From the NCBI GenBank assembly GCA_905250005.1, contig CAJNOH010001645.1, positions 1-14,749 of the forward strand: DNA of 14,749 bases. The letters run 5' to 3'. The position numbers and the translations under genes are program-made. Each line of letters opens with the position of its first letter. The first letter of the stretch is position 1. This stretch comes from Rotaria sordida (lineage: Eukaryota). The notes beneath the pieces were generated by a model, which was not told the origin of the DNA, searched no databases, and saw only the letters and a list, made by a program, of their open reading frames with translations. This document shows, one piece after another, positions 1-10,172 of the stretch.

Positions 1-23
1 TCATGAAAGCATATTTTTGCTGA

Positions 24-180
24 GTATTTAGTGTAAATTGTCTGATAGTATCTTGTTTTGTTGGAAATAATATTGCATTGGTTGTAGTTACAGGTGGAAC
101 TCTTGTAGCTCTCGTTTTAATAGGACTTGTTGGAATTTCAGTGGCTACGACCAGTGTTTTTAATATTAAGTACCACAAGC
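24..180 (+). CDS. Possible fragment of a host gene exon encoding a hydrophobic, transmembrane-like segment (IALVVVTGGTLVALVLIGLVGISVATTSVFNIKYHK)
   Basis: Open plus-strand frame with a hydrophobic stretch. It lies left of the repeated AAAGTACC motif that precedes the hAT gene. No family recognised. Confidence 0.2.
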
Positions 181-500
181 AAAAGCAAAGTACCCGAGGT
201 ACTTACGATTTTGAAAAAGTATCGTGTTTTGCACTTTGCTCGAAAAACAAAATATCTTGATAGTATTTTGTAAAATAAAAAAGCACTTTGCTCATTTGTT
301 CGCCATTGTTTAAAAATTGCTCTTTTTCCTTTTGTTTACATATTCGATTGTATTTATAGATGGAGCTAAGAAGCTTTTTTTTAATTTGACCGAATGTATC
401 ATTGAAATTTCTTTTCTTTTTCTAGATATTGAATTGAACCTTGTTTTTATAGATAACTTTACTTGTTCTTATTTGATATTTAGCTTTGGCTCTTCTTTAA

Positions 501-596
501 TTTATATTTATTCATTCAATTGTTGTACATCATTTATATTTATTCATTCGATCGTTTTACTTAATTTATATTTATTTATTCAATTGTTCTATTTAA
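501..596. repeat. 32-bp tandem repeat, 3 copies (starts 501, 533, 565)
   Basis: TTTATATTTATTCATTCAATTGTTGTACATCA / TTTATATTTATTCATTCGATCGTTTTACTTAA / TTTATATTTATTTATTCAATTGTTCTATTTAA read directly. Confidence 0.75.
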
Positions 597-673
597 TACA
601 TTGTAAAAAAAACTAGGTGAGTGCAGTAATATTATTATTTACTTTCCTTTATTTAGCATGTTTGATTATATTT

Positions 674-3600
674 ATGATTATGATGGAACAAACAAATCTC
701 GATAAATCATCTGGTTCAACATTATTAACAACTAATATTAATATTAATAATTTTCAAGGTGAACAGGTTTTAAATGATCGATTTCATTTATCTGTTAATG
801 ATAATAAAATTTCAGATCAAGGAGTAGTTATTATCGATGAAATTGAAACAGAAATTATAGTGGATTCATCTAATGAAAATAGAATACATATATCAACAAA
901 TTTGGCCATGGATCATGATTATGATATGGCAATAGTAGATGCAACAACAGTAACAACCGATCCATCAAATAAATCATCGAAGAAAACAATTCCTCGTTAT
1001 TTACCTGCATGGGAAAAACAACTAGAATCTTTTTATAAAACATATACATTTGATATATTTGGTATTAGACACGAGAAACTCGTTTGCTGGTTGTACAACA
1101 AAAAAGATAAAAATGGAAATGATAGTCTTGGATGTAAACTTTGTCAAAAATATCAAAAAACATTGAACTCAAATGGAAAAATTAATTTATGGTGTACAAC
1201 AGGTTATAAAATAATGAAATTATCAAAAATAAAAGAACATAAAGATAATGAAGTTCATAAACAAGCACAAGAACTTGAATTACAAACAGCATCTCATTCT
1301 CAACCTACTTGGACAACAACTCAAATAAAAGAAAGAAATAAACATGAAGCTGCAATACAAAATTTAATTCTTTCTGCTGTTTATGTCTGTCAACAGGATC
1401 AATCTCTCAACTCATTTGAGAAATTATGTACTTTGATTGAAGCTCTTGGTGTTAAATTATTACCAGCGGAAATAGGTAGCGTATCATATCGTAATGACAA
1501 CGCGGCTCTCGATTTTTTACGTCATATTGCTTCGTATTTACATGAAGAAATTCTTGAAAAGATAAAAAATAGTCCATCTATAGGTAAAAATAAATAAAAA
1601 AATTTAATCATGATTTTATTGACTATTTTAGGTTGGATGCTTGATGAAAGTACATCTCGTACCGTAGAAAAAAGTCTGATAATCTATGTCAGATATTTGG
1701 AAAATGATGAAGCCAAAACAAGTTTTTATGGTATATTAGCTTTAGATGGTGATGGCTCGGCTGATAATATAGTCAAATGTATTGAATCATTATGGAGAGC
1801 AGATGATTTAAATCCTGAAAAAACGTGTTGGTTTGCAACTGATAATGCTGCTACATTTACAGGTACTGTACCTTTGTTTCTTTTTGAATTGTCAAATATA
1901 AGTGTTGTAGGGATAAACAATGGTGTTATTGCTAAATTAAAACGTAATTTTGGTATAGAATTTGTTGAATTAAATACATGTGTAGCACATACATTTGCAT
2001 TGGTTGGAAATCAAGCTGGATTTATCAAATACGGTACGTAATATATACTTTTATTCATTAATGAAAAAAGTATTTTATAGATAATGAAGAAAAATCTAGA
2101 AAACGCGAATTAATTTCCAAACTGGAAGGTATAATAGGAAAAATTTACCAGTATTTTGGTTCAAGTGCAACTCGAACCTTCAAGCTAAAATGTTGGCAAA
2201 ATTTGTTGGAAATTCCCGAATTGAAATTTAAACGATTGTTCCAAATTCGATGGACGGCTATTCGAGATTCAATAAAACCAATTATGTTAAATATTACACC
2301 AGGTAAACTTTTGTACAAATTGCTTTATCTTCAGGCTTTTATTCTTGGGATTCTGTTATAGAAAATCAAGCATTATTAGCAACACTTCAAGAATCCAAAT
2401 TTGATAAAAGTTTAACCAATAATGATCGTCAAGCAGCAGCTGATCTTTTAACATCAATATTAGATGATGAATTTTTATTTATGATACACTTTCATTATGA
2501 TTTACACGAATGTGTATTAGGTGAGATAATTTTTATTGTTTCTTGCGATTATTTTATTTCAATTATAGGTGATTTAACAAAAATCCTTCAGAACGATGAT
2601 TTACCATATTTTACCTTTATGAACATATTTAATGAAAAAAAAATTATTTTAAACAATTGGTTGTCGCAAAAAAAAAAGAATCACAACCTGTTCTTGGTCC
2701 ATCATTAACCGAATACGTCAACCACATGAAGAAGAACAATTCTTATGGTGCTTTTTCAATTGCTGCAATTGATCGTTTAAAAATGTATAGTGAATGTTTT
2801 ACTCATATTAGTCAATTATTATTAGAAATAGATCAGAGATTTAAACCGTCAAAAGTTCAACAATCATTTGTTGTTTTATTCGAACCTGATTATCTGATTC
2901 AAAACAAAGATCAAGTTTCTAAATCTAATTATGGCCGCCAAGAACTCGAATATCTTTTGTACAAATATAAAAATCTTACTGGTTTCAATATATCTCAATG
3001 TCGAAATGAATGGGAAATTATAAAAATATCATTAAGTGAATTTGTATCAAATAATCAACAGCAAAATTCGAGAAGAAAATTTTGGAAATCGTTTATAATA
3101 TGGAAAGAAGCTATTGATGACTCCTTTCGTGAACGGCACAAAAATCTTTTAATACTATTGTCTATTTATTTAATATCACCAATTAATTCCTGTGAATGTG
3201 AACGTGGATATTCAGTCTCTAATCGTATTCAAACAAATGGTCGTTCAAGAATAATGATCAATACTCTTGATGTGTTAATGAATGTAAGATTACTCTTTCC
3301 ACATGATTTACGAAGGTAAACTATTGTTTCACGTAAAAGTAAAAATCAACATGCTTTTTTCGAATTCTTTTTAGTGATCAATGTCGGAATATTATTGAAC
3401 GAGCTTATAAATCATGGAATGGACGAGATGAAAATCGTCGAATTAATCGCGCAAAATTAATTGTTGATGTACCTGATGATTATATTGCAGCAAAACAAGC
3501 ACGTTCTACTGGTAAACAAAAACGGCACCTTACAACAACTGATGATTGTCCAATTAAATCGAAAAAACAAAAAACTAAAGCTATTAAATGCGCCAATGGT

Positions 3601-3810
3601 TGTGGTAAATGTATTGCTGATAATGATCTAACAGAAATACATGCAATTCAATGTTGTCATCAAACCGAGTATTATGATTGGGTTGAAGATAACTGTTCTC
3701 GATGGTTATGTAATACTTGTCGTATTAAATTAGGAATTTCAACTGAATCAACTACATGGTTTTGCGAAGATTGCATCGACATGCATGAAGAAGAAGAAGA
3801 ACAATGGTAA
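674..3810 (+). CDS. hAT-superfamily transposase-like gene. Proposed exons 674-1583, 1632-2033, 2081-2302, 2362-2520, 2569-3315, 3375-3810, with a 1-nt frameshift at the A10 run 2668-2677
   Basis: GT..AG introns join the ORFs in frame (SPSI-GWMLDEST; FIKY-DNEEKS; NITP-ENQALL; CVLG-DLTK; HDLR-SDQCRN). There is an N-terminal zinc-finger-like CKLCQK...HKDNEVH and the hAT dimerisation signature SIYLISPINSCECERGYSVSNRIQTNGRSRIMINTLDVLMNVRLL. Confidence 0.8.
3375..3810 (+). CDS. Last exon of the hAT gene, encoding a Cys-rich PHD/RING-like zinc-binding extension
   Basis: Translation in the spliced frame: IKCANGCGKCIADNDLTEIHAIQCCHQTEYYDWVEDNCSRWLCNTCRIKLGISTESTTWFCEDCIDMHEEEEEQW*. The intron 3316-3374 has GT...AG ends and keeps phase. 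Confidence 0.6.
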
Positions 3811-4032
3811 TTTATATTTTATTTTATTTTTATTTTGTTGTATATACAATAGTAAAGGTTAATTCAGAGAAGTGTTTATTTAACTTAGTCAGATGAATAT
3901 GTGTATTTTTATCTTTATCTACAACTTTTTTGTGTATTGTTTTTTGTACAGAAACATATTATCAATTAATAAAGGTCAATAGTATTTTTTTTCTTTGTTT
4001 TTCTTAACATTTCTTTCTTTTGGTACGTTGGA

Positions 4033-4056
4033 TACTTTGTTGTTTAAAACAAAGTA
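4033..4056. repeat. Short hairpin-forming inverted repeat TACTTTGTT-GTTTAA-AACAAAGTA
   Basis: 9-bp perfect stem read directly. Confidence 0.6.
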
Positions 4057-6083
4057 CCGCTTAGCACTTTGCCAATAGAAGCAAAGTACCTAAATGTACT
4101 TTATTTTAGATTTCTGTTAAAAACTCTGGCTACGACTTCAACCTGTGTTTCATCATCTCGTATTTCCAGAGTACCTTCACCTGAAATTAAGTAGTTTCTT
4201 GCTTCATCTCGTCGACCTTCAATGTCACGTTTCCACCCTTTAATCATGGCGCTGTGATGCACGTGAGCTACCACAAATGTGTTGACGTCGTGTATGGTGC
4301 CATAATTATTTTGGTCCCAAATGTGTCTGCTGCCTAAATCAAAACAAAATATTTTCGAAATATAGCAGTAATTAACTCACCATTTAGTAATGCAAATCTA
4401 TCTGTATTATTAATTGCTTGTAATGCATCATGAACATAGCGTTGTTCCTGAGTACCTGTCAATGCAGAATAAGCGTTTGTGGTAGTCTCATTTACAATGG
4501 AGAGCAAATGCAAAAGTTGTTCAGGATCGTCTTCTTCTGCATTTGCATCGCCTTCATAGTAGTTAGGCATCAAAATACGGTCAATGCTGTTGTCATTTTG
4601 GGCTTCTAAAAGAACTTGATGAAGGTGCTCATCTAGATCGTGTTTGCATTCGTGCAAAAGTTCTATATTTTCTATAATCTTAAGCGAGTTGGGAGAGATC
4701 AATAACCTTCGAGCTTCCAATGCTTCAGACCATGTCTCGTTCGTTGCACAAAGGTTCTGGACTGATCGCCATGGCACGAATAATGTTAACAACGCGCGAC
4801 AATAACGTTCATGTGTTTCTTGTCGTTCGCGGCGAGGTATTTGAGGACCTATCAGAACTGGTACTACTGGAATGGAACGTTTAATTACGAGATGAGATGT
4901 TGATTATGGATGTGCGCTGTCAAATGTATGACGTTCATTCATTTTCGTTCCTTCTGTAGGTAATTGTTGGCCTTGAGAATCGGTTACATTCTTTAGTAAA
5001 TGACGATCCGATTTGTCGATAAGCTTCTTGTGAAAATGGCTCACAAAGTCATTTAAGCACAGTGTACTTAGATCCTTTGATCGATGCTGATAGTCAAGAC
5101 GAGTATTGACCAAGACATACTGATCGCCGCTGTTGGTTTTTGTGGATTCTAATAAAAATTGTTCTTCGATTTCGTTTTTATCTTCTCCTTGTTCATCATA
5201 GAAAGGCGTTGAAGTCTCTAGAAAACCACATATTAAAAATCTAAACAATTATTTTAAAAAGTTCTACCATCTATTCTTTCTTCAACAATTTCTTTTTCGT
5301 TAATTCGTGCTTTATTTAGTTCTGTTTGTAGATAGTTTTCGATTGAAATAAGAAAAAGATTTTTGAACGTATGTGTAGCGTAGTGGTCACCATAGTTCAT
5401 TAGATATGATGCAACTTGAACACCTGAAACTTCTTGTTGTGAAGCAATCATATTGAAGCAGCGTAACACTAGTTTACGCGATTTGTCAACAATATTATCT
5501 GTGCTATTAGAAATTCGTTCATGCTCGATAGATTTGATGCCTTGTTGTGCAAGTGCAAACATATCATAGAAGGCCAGAGTAGACTTTGTCACGTAGTCAG
5601 CTATATAATAGACTAATGCTTTGGCGTCGTTACCACTCCAGATGAATTTAATGTCCATGTTCGATCGGCACGCACTTAAAAGCCATTCATTAAAGTTATT
5701 GATCCACGGATGTGATCGACGCATAGTTATCTGACCTGTTGTAAGGTCAATATTAGAAACATTCACTAGTGCGCGTGGCATGCGCATTCGACAGGTTTTT
5801 GAACTATCATTCTTGCCTTTAGAATATTTATAGCAAGTTGCAGAATGCTTGTGAATATTGCAGGTTGTGACCAATTGAACTATATCTTTGCGAAACGTTT
5901 GATCAAAGTCTTCCAATGCAGGATTTGGTGTTGGGAGACATGCTGTTATAACTTCACTTGCTGTTGATCCAATTTCTCCTAGGATGAAGTGAAAATTATA
6001 ATTAAAGATCTACTAAAAGCTTCAAAGCTCACCAATTGATGTTCTATTATCTCTTGCTGTACTTGTTTCTTTGTCGGTTTCAT

Positions 6084-6304
6084 CTTAAAAAAGAATGTTG
6101 ATATTCAAAAGTACAAAAAATATAAGTCTCATGAATATATAGTAAGAATAAGTGATTCGAATGAAATGTTTTGCATTAATGAAAATGTTCCGGAAGCTCA
6201 AGTTCAAGGCAAAGCAGTGATACACTATCAGGGTGTAAAACAGTATCAAGTGGGCGAATATAAAAACTTCAAGTCACAGATTCAAATAATGTCAAATATA
6301 TTAC
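6084..6304 (-). other. Oversized (221 bp) intron of the Helitron-like gene, probably containing an insertion
   Basis: Minus-strand donor CGAG|GTAATA and acceptor TTTAAG|ATGAAACC keep the frame (SFR-DETDKETS). Most other introns in the gene are about 46-56 bp. Confidence 0.6.
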
Positions 6305-7345
6305 CTCGAAACGAATCTAAATCTTCTTTTATGACATCTTCTAAATATTTTAGTAAATTTTCACGAAAATCTTGATTTTGAATATTTTCTTTCAGTTGAG
6401 CTGGAGTATATTCATGATTGAGCCAAATCAAGAGATGTAAATGGAGCGATCCTCTTCCTTGACTCTCTACAGTGCCGAAATACGCTTTTGTAGGACCGAG
6501 CACACCGCCGACCACTAGGCTTTTCAAATTTTTTTTTATTAAACAGTTGAAGAACTTCGCAGTTGCAACAGGGTGCGTTGCGATAATTTTAGCACGCTCA
6601 TAACTTGTACGCAGGACTTCTGGCAGAACGTTATCAAGGTCGAGATCAACACCTTCAAAGTAAAGTGCCACTGGACTATGGATGTCAGCCGGATTGATTG
6701 TGAGGAAAAGACTAGGAAGACCAAGATAAAAACACAAAGAATGAATTTTCGTACGAAGAGCTGATCGTGAATGAGCTGAGTCCATGACATGACCACTAAT
6801 AATTTTGATATGCTTCCTCAACGTATTTATTCTCTCGTCAGTAACTTTTGAATAATGCGCTTTTGAGATATTAATAAGGGCTGCTGCTACATCTTCAGAA
6901 CTCAATGAGTTAAGAACTTGTGCGAATTGTTGAAACCATGATCTTGTTGTCATTAGTTGGGCGTGGAAACATGCTGTTCGGCGTTGTAAAATATTGAAGA
7001 CAACAAATATAAATGAGTAGTGCTCTTCAAAGCGGCGATCTGCATACGAAAGAAGATATCTGAGATGCTCACGAAAATTGATTTGAATCAGTCGAGAACC
7101 ATCCTCAAGCCCACCACATCCATATGGGAATAGGGCGGGAAAGATTCCTAATAAAAGATTTGGATTAGAATATTCATTGGCAGGTTTGTTGCCACGAGGA
7201 ATTATGTATACAGTGTTTTGTTTAGAGTTTTGCTCGGTGTCTTTTCCGTGTGTTTTTTTTTGGCGCTTGTGTTTTAATTCGTTCTAAAAGATGTTCAGCA
7301 ACTTCATCAGACGACACTTTGGTACCATTGAAATCTAACACAGCA
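6305..7345 (-). CDS. Helitron_like_N / HUH Rep exon (with a 1-nt frameshift at the A9 run 7253-7261)
   Basis: NPNLLLGIFPALFPYGCGG...FIFVVFNILQRRTACF...FYLGLPSLFLTINPAD...GTVESQGRGSLHLHLLIWLNHEYTP; the HUH-type HLH motif lies at ~6430-6445. Confidence 0.85.
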
Positions 7346-7746
7346 CTATAACATAAACAATATTAGTGCAAAAATATCAACATGTCTCTTTGTCTTACCT
7401 TGAGATTATAGGTATAACTGTTGTATTGTTAAATTCAGATGTATTGATCAACGGATCAGGAATGTAACTTGCTCTTTCATTTTCAGCTGCTTCTACATTA
7501 GTAGAAATTTCCATAATTGCCCACAAACACTCCGGTACATCATTGTCAGGTAATTTGTGGATTATTGATTGATTAATTGTAACATTGCGATACAAGGGAT
7601 TATTCTGTTTAAGCCATTGAAGTGCTTCGAAAACTTTCTTTTTCCGAACAGTTAAAACATTTTTTAATTGGTTTCGTTGCGGAGGACGACATCCAACAAA
7701 GATTATCTTTAGAGAATCCCATAGGTCATCTAAATCTAGTGGTAAG

Positions 7747-7902
7747 CAGGCATCGTAGCAGACCCTTAAAATATAGGACTATATGTCTACGTAATATATG
7801 AATAAATTTCAAAACTCCATGTAAATACACGAAATTTTGGAATTTGTTCATATATTACGTAGACATACGGTCCTATATTTTAAGGGTCTGCTACGATGCC
7901 TG
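7747..7902. mobile_element. 156-bp palindromic (foldback) MITE, hAT-like by its 8-bp target-site duplication, inserted in the Helitron DUF6570-like exon
   Basis: Ends CAGGCATCGTAGCAGACCC...GGGTCTGCTACGATGCCTG. The first 33 bp of the inverted repeat are perfect, and the arms match at 69/76 positions to the centre. TSD GTGGTAAG at 7739-7746 and 7903-7910. Removing the element plus one TSD restores ...IATTLPLDLDDLWDSLKIIFVG... Confidence 0.93.
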
Positions 7903-8739
7903 GTGGTAAGGTAGTAGCTATGTTGATAACATCTTGGGGAAAACTTATGCAATTTCCCTTTAAAGCTGATTGAGCTGTACTTGTCGAATGAAAAGACGAA
8001 TTTAACTTGACAATGCAGCTATTATGCCTATAAAGAGCAATCAGTTTTTGCTCAGGAATTGTTAATCCTTGTAGTTGTTCTGGAACATCCCCAACCCATA
8101 TTTTGTTGGCAGGCGAAAATTTCGGTATTTTCTCTTTTATTAGAGACGACCAACATTCCGAACAAATGTCACAGTATACCGAATATCGTTTTTTTCTGTC
8201 AACAGTTTTATGCAATCCTGCTGTATAAAAAACGATACCATTTACACAAGTAAATGACTTTTTAGTCATTGTTGATTGAGCATTTGTATCTGAAATTAAA
8301 AACAAGATTATTTACTGTGTTAGTTTACGTATTAGCAACACCAACCTCCTGCTTTTTCTGCCTGAATCAAAGCCATGGCAAGGTCGTCACTCCTGTTAAG
8401 ATTATCATGTGAGTGGAATGGGTGCGTTTCCTGCATTTCCGGAATTATGCCATAAAAATCATTGGATACTTTCAGTAATTCAATTGACGTTATTTTACTG
8501 AACGGTATGTAATGGAGATCACGTTTGTAGCAACGAACGTTACAAATACCACAAACACCTTCTTGCAGAGAACTCATCGACATATGTTGAATAAAGTCCT
8601 TTAAACAGTTCTTCTTACGTTCAATATCAATAGGTTTTGGCCATTCAAAGTCGTTACTTTCTTGTACTTTTGTTTTCACCGTTTCTTGTTGGTGCTTGCC
8701 ACTTTTTCGAAGCTGCTTTCTCTGACGAGCAGATGCGCA

Positions 8740-9222
8740 CTGACGTTCGAGTTCATCAGGCGTGTAAGCAGCTCGTCTTGCGGCACTTCTTTTGCGAGCT
8801 ACTACACGTTGTTCTTCAGCTTCTTTTGGTGATGCAGTAGCTCGTTTACTCATGCTTTTTTCGGCAGCAAGCACTCGCTGATGTTCGATTTCTTTCGATG
8901 AAAAAGTAGCACGCCAAGCTTCTGTTTTCTCACGAGTAATTGCTCGCTGTTATACGATTTCATCGGGTGTTAATGCAGCTCTTCTAGATGCTTTTCTTTG
9001 ACGATCAAGGCTACGCTCTCTCTCAGTTTGTTCTGGTGTTAAGGCAGCTCTTCTAGCTGCACTTCTTTCTCGTGCAAGGGTGCGCTCTCGTTCAGCTTGT
9101 TCTGGTGTAAGGGCAGCTCTTCTGGCAGCACTCCTTTCTCTGGCAAGCGTGCGTTGTCTTTTAGCTTCTTTTGGTGTAGCTTCAGCTCGTTTAGCGGCCA
9201 TACTTTCACGAGCTTTTTGACG
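8740..9222 (-). repeat. Seven 69-bp coding repeats encoding 23-aa STPR (score-and-three peptide repeat) units
   Basis: RQKARESMAAKRAEATPKEAKRQ / RTLARERSAARRAALTPEQAERE / RTLARERSAARRAALTPEQTERE / RSLDRQRKASRRAALTPDEIV*Q / RAITREKTEAWRATFSSKEIEHQ / RVLAAEKSMSKRATASPKEAEEQ / RVVARKRSAARRAAYTPDELERQ. Confidence 0.85.
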
Positions 9223-9488
9223 TCTCCGATCCATATTTGTATTTTCAACATTCGTATAGTTTTCAGTTACTTGTAGTCTTCGTTTAGTTCGAGGTGTGGT
9301 AGTAATTTGCTGGACCGAAGTGGATGTGGTCGATAACGTTTGAAGTAGCTGGGCTTCTTCATCTTCTATATTGAACTCAGGAATACGTACTTGAGTCACC
9401 GTCTTGTTCTTCGTTGTTGCTTTGGTTGGTGTCTATGTTTAAAAGTACATTTTTCTACATAATGTTTTCGCAATAAAGTAGAATTTAC

Positions 9489-10172
9489 TAAGCCTGAACC
9501 GATGTCTCTAGGTTGCGTTGATTCATTTTGAAAATATAAATTGTGCAATGGAAGCAGAAGTGGTACGAAATGATTCGGTGTCCAACTACCAGCATTGCTC
9601 CTTCGTGCATTTATTTCATTTTGGGTATGTGTCCAAAATATATAAATTGTTTCAGATGAAATGCTGTCCTGAACGGGTTGAAAAGTGGTGTTCATAGTGT
9701 CTAAATCACGACGATAATCAATTTTTGGATATATACTCCGTATGTTGCATTTGAGAACATTGCTTAACGCTGCGACTTCATAGAGTTCCGAGAATGAAAA
9801 ATTGCGCGCAATATTTTTTTATAACTTCATTGAGTGGTCCAATAATATGTGCCAAATTATTGCTATAAATGATTTCATTTTTGAGAAGTTCAATTAAAGT
9901 TCGAACTAGAAAGAGTATGATAAAACAAGTAGATATTAGTGTTGCAAGTATATACCTCTCAACTCAGTAGCTGTTAACGCTGTACTTCCACTTATACATG
10001 TAATGGAATTATAAAGACAATTGCCGTCTCCAGTAACACTAATTGGAATCATATTTTGAACCTCTGAAGGTGTTTGTTGAAGATATAATTTTGCTTCTTG
10101 ATCTATTCTATGAACTTCTGGATCGAAATACGTGACAGGTGATAATCGAATCGGTGGTAAAAGCCACTCCAA
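9489..10172 (-). CDS. OTU-like cysteine protease domain of the Helitron-like element (two exons 10172-9956 and 9905-9489, with a 1-nt frameshift near 9814-9820)
   Basis: ISVTGDGNCLYNSITCISGSTALTATEL-RVRTLIELLKNEIIYSNNLAHIIGPLNEVI [fs] KNIARNFSFSELYEVAALSNVLKCNIRSIYPKIDYR...SWTPNHFVPLL. This has the Asp-Gly-Asn-Cys catalytic motif and a C-terminal NHFVPL motif. Confidence 0.75.

Noticed and set aside
317-616. 99-aa plus-strand hydrophobic ORF
   Set aside because: AT-rich, Phe/Ile/Leu-rich composition, partly translated from the 32-bp tandem repeat; no domain resemblance.
2303-2334. Alternative 32-bp intron in the hAT gene (acceptor at CTTCAG, adding GFYSWDSVI)
   Set aside because: Both acceptors keep frame, but the 59-bp intron ending at 2361 matches the size of its neighbours better. 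Left unresolved without RNA data.
6539-6796. ORFs on plus and in alternative minus frames overlapping the Rep exon (also 1726-1920, 8059-8253, 8637-8840, 9039-9251)
   Set aside because: They shadow clearly recognisable coding frames (hAT, Rep, DUF6570-like, STPR) and show no independent family signature.
8740-9222. Could the 69-bp periodic array be a CRISPR or noncoding satellite?
   Set aside because: Repeats are contiguous without spacers, and divergence preserves a 23-aa coding pattern, so it is a protein repeat.
9801-9812. 12-bp palindrome ATTGCGCGCAAT
   Set aside because: Lies within OTU-domain coding sequence and is short enough to be chance.
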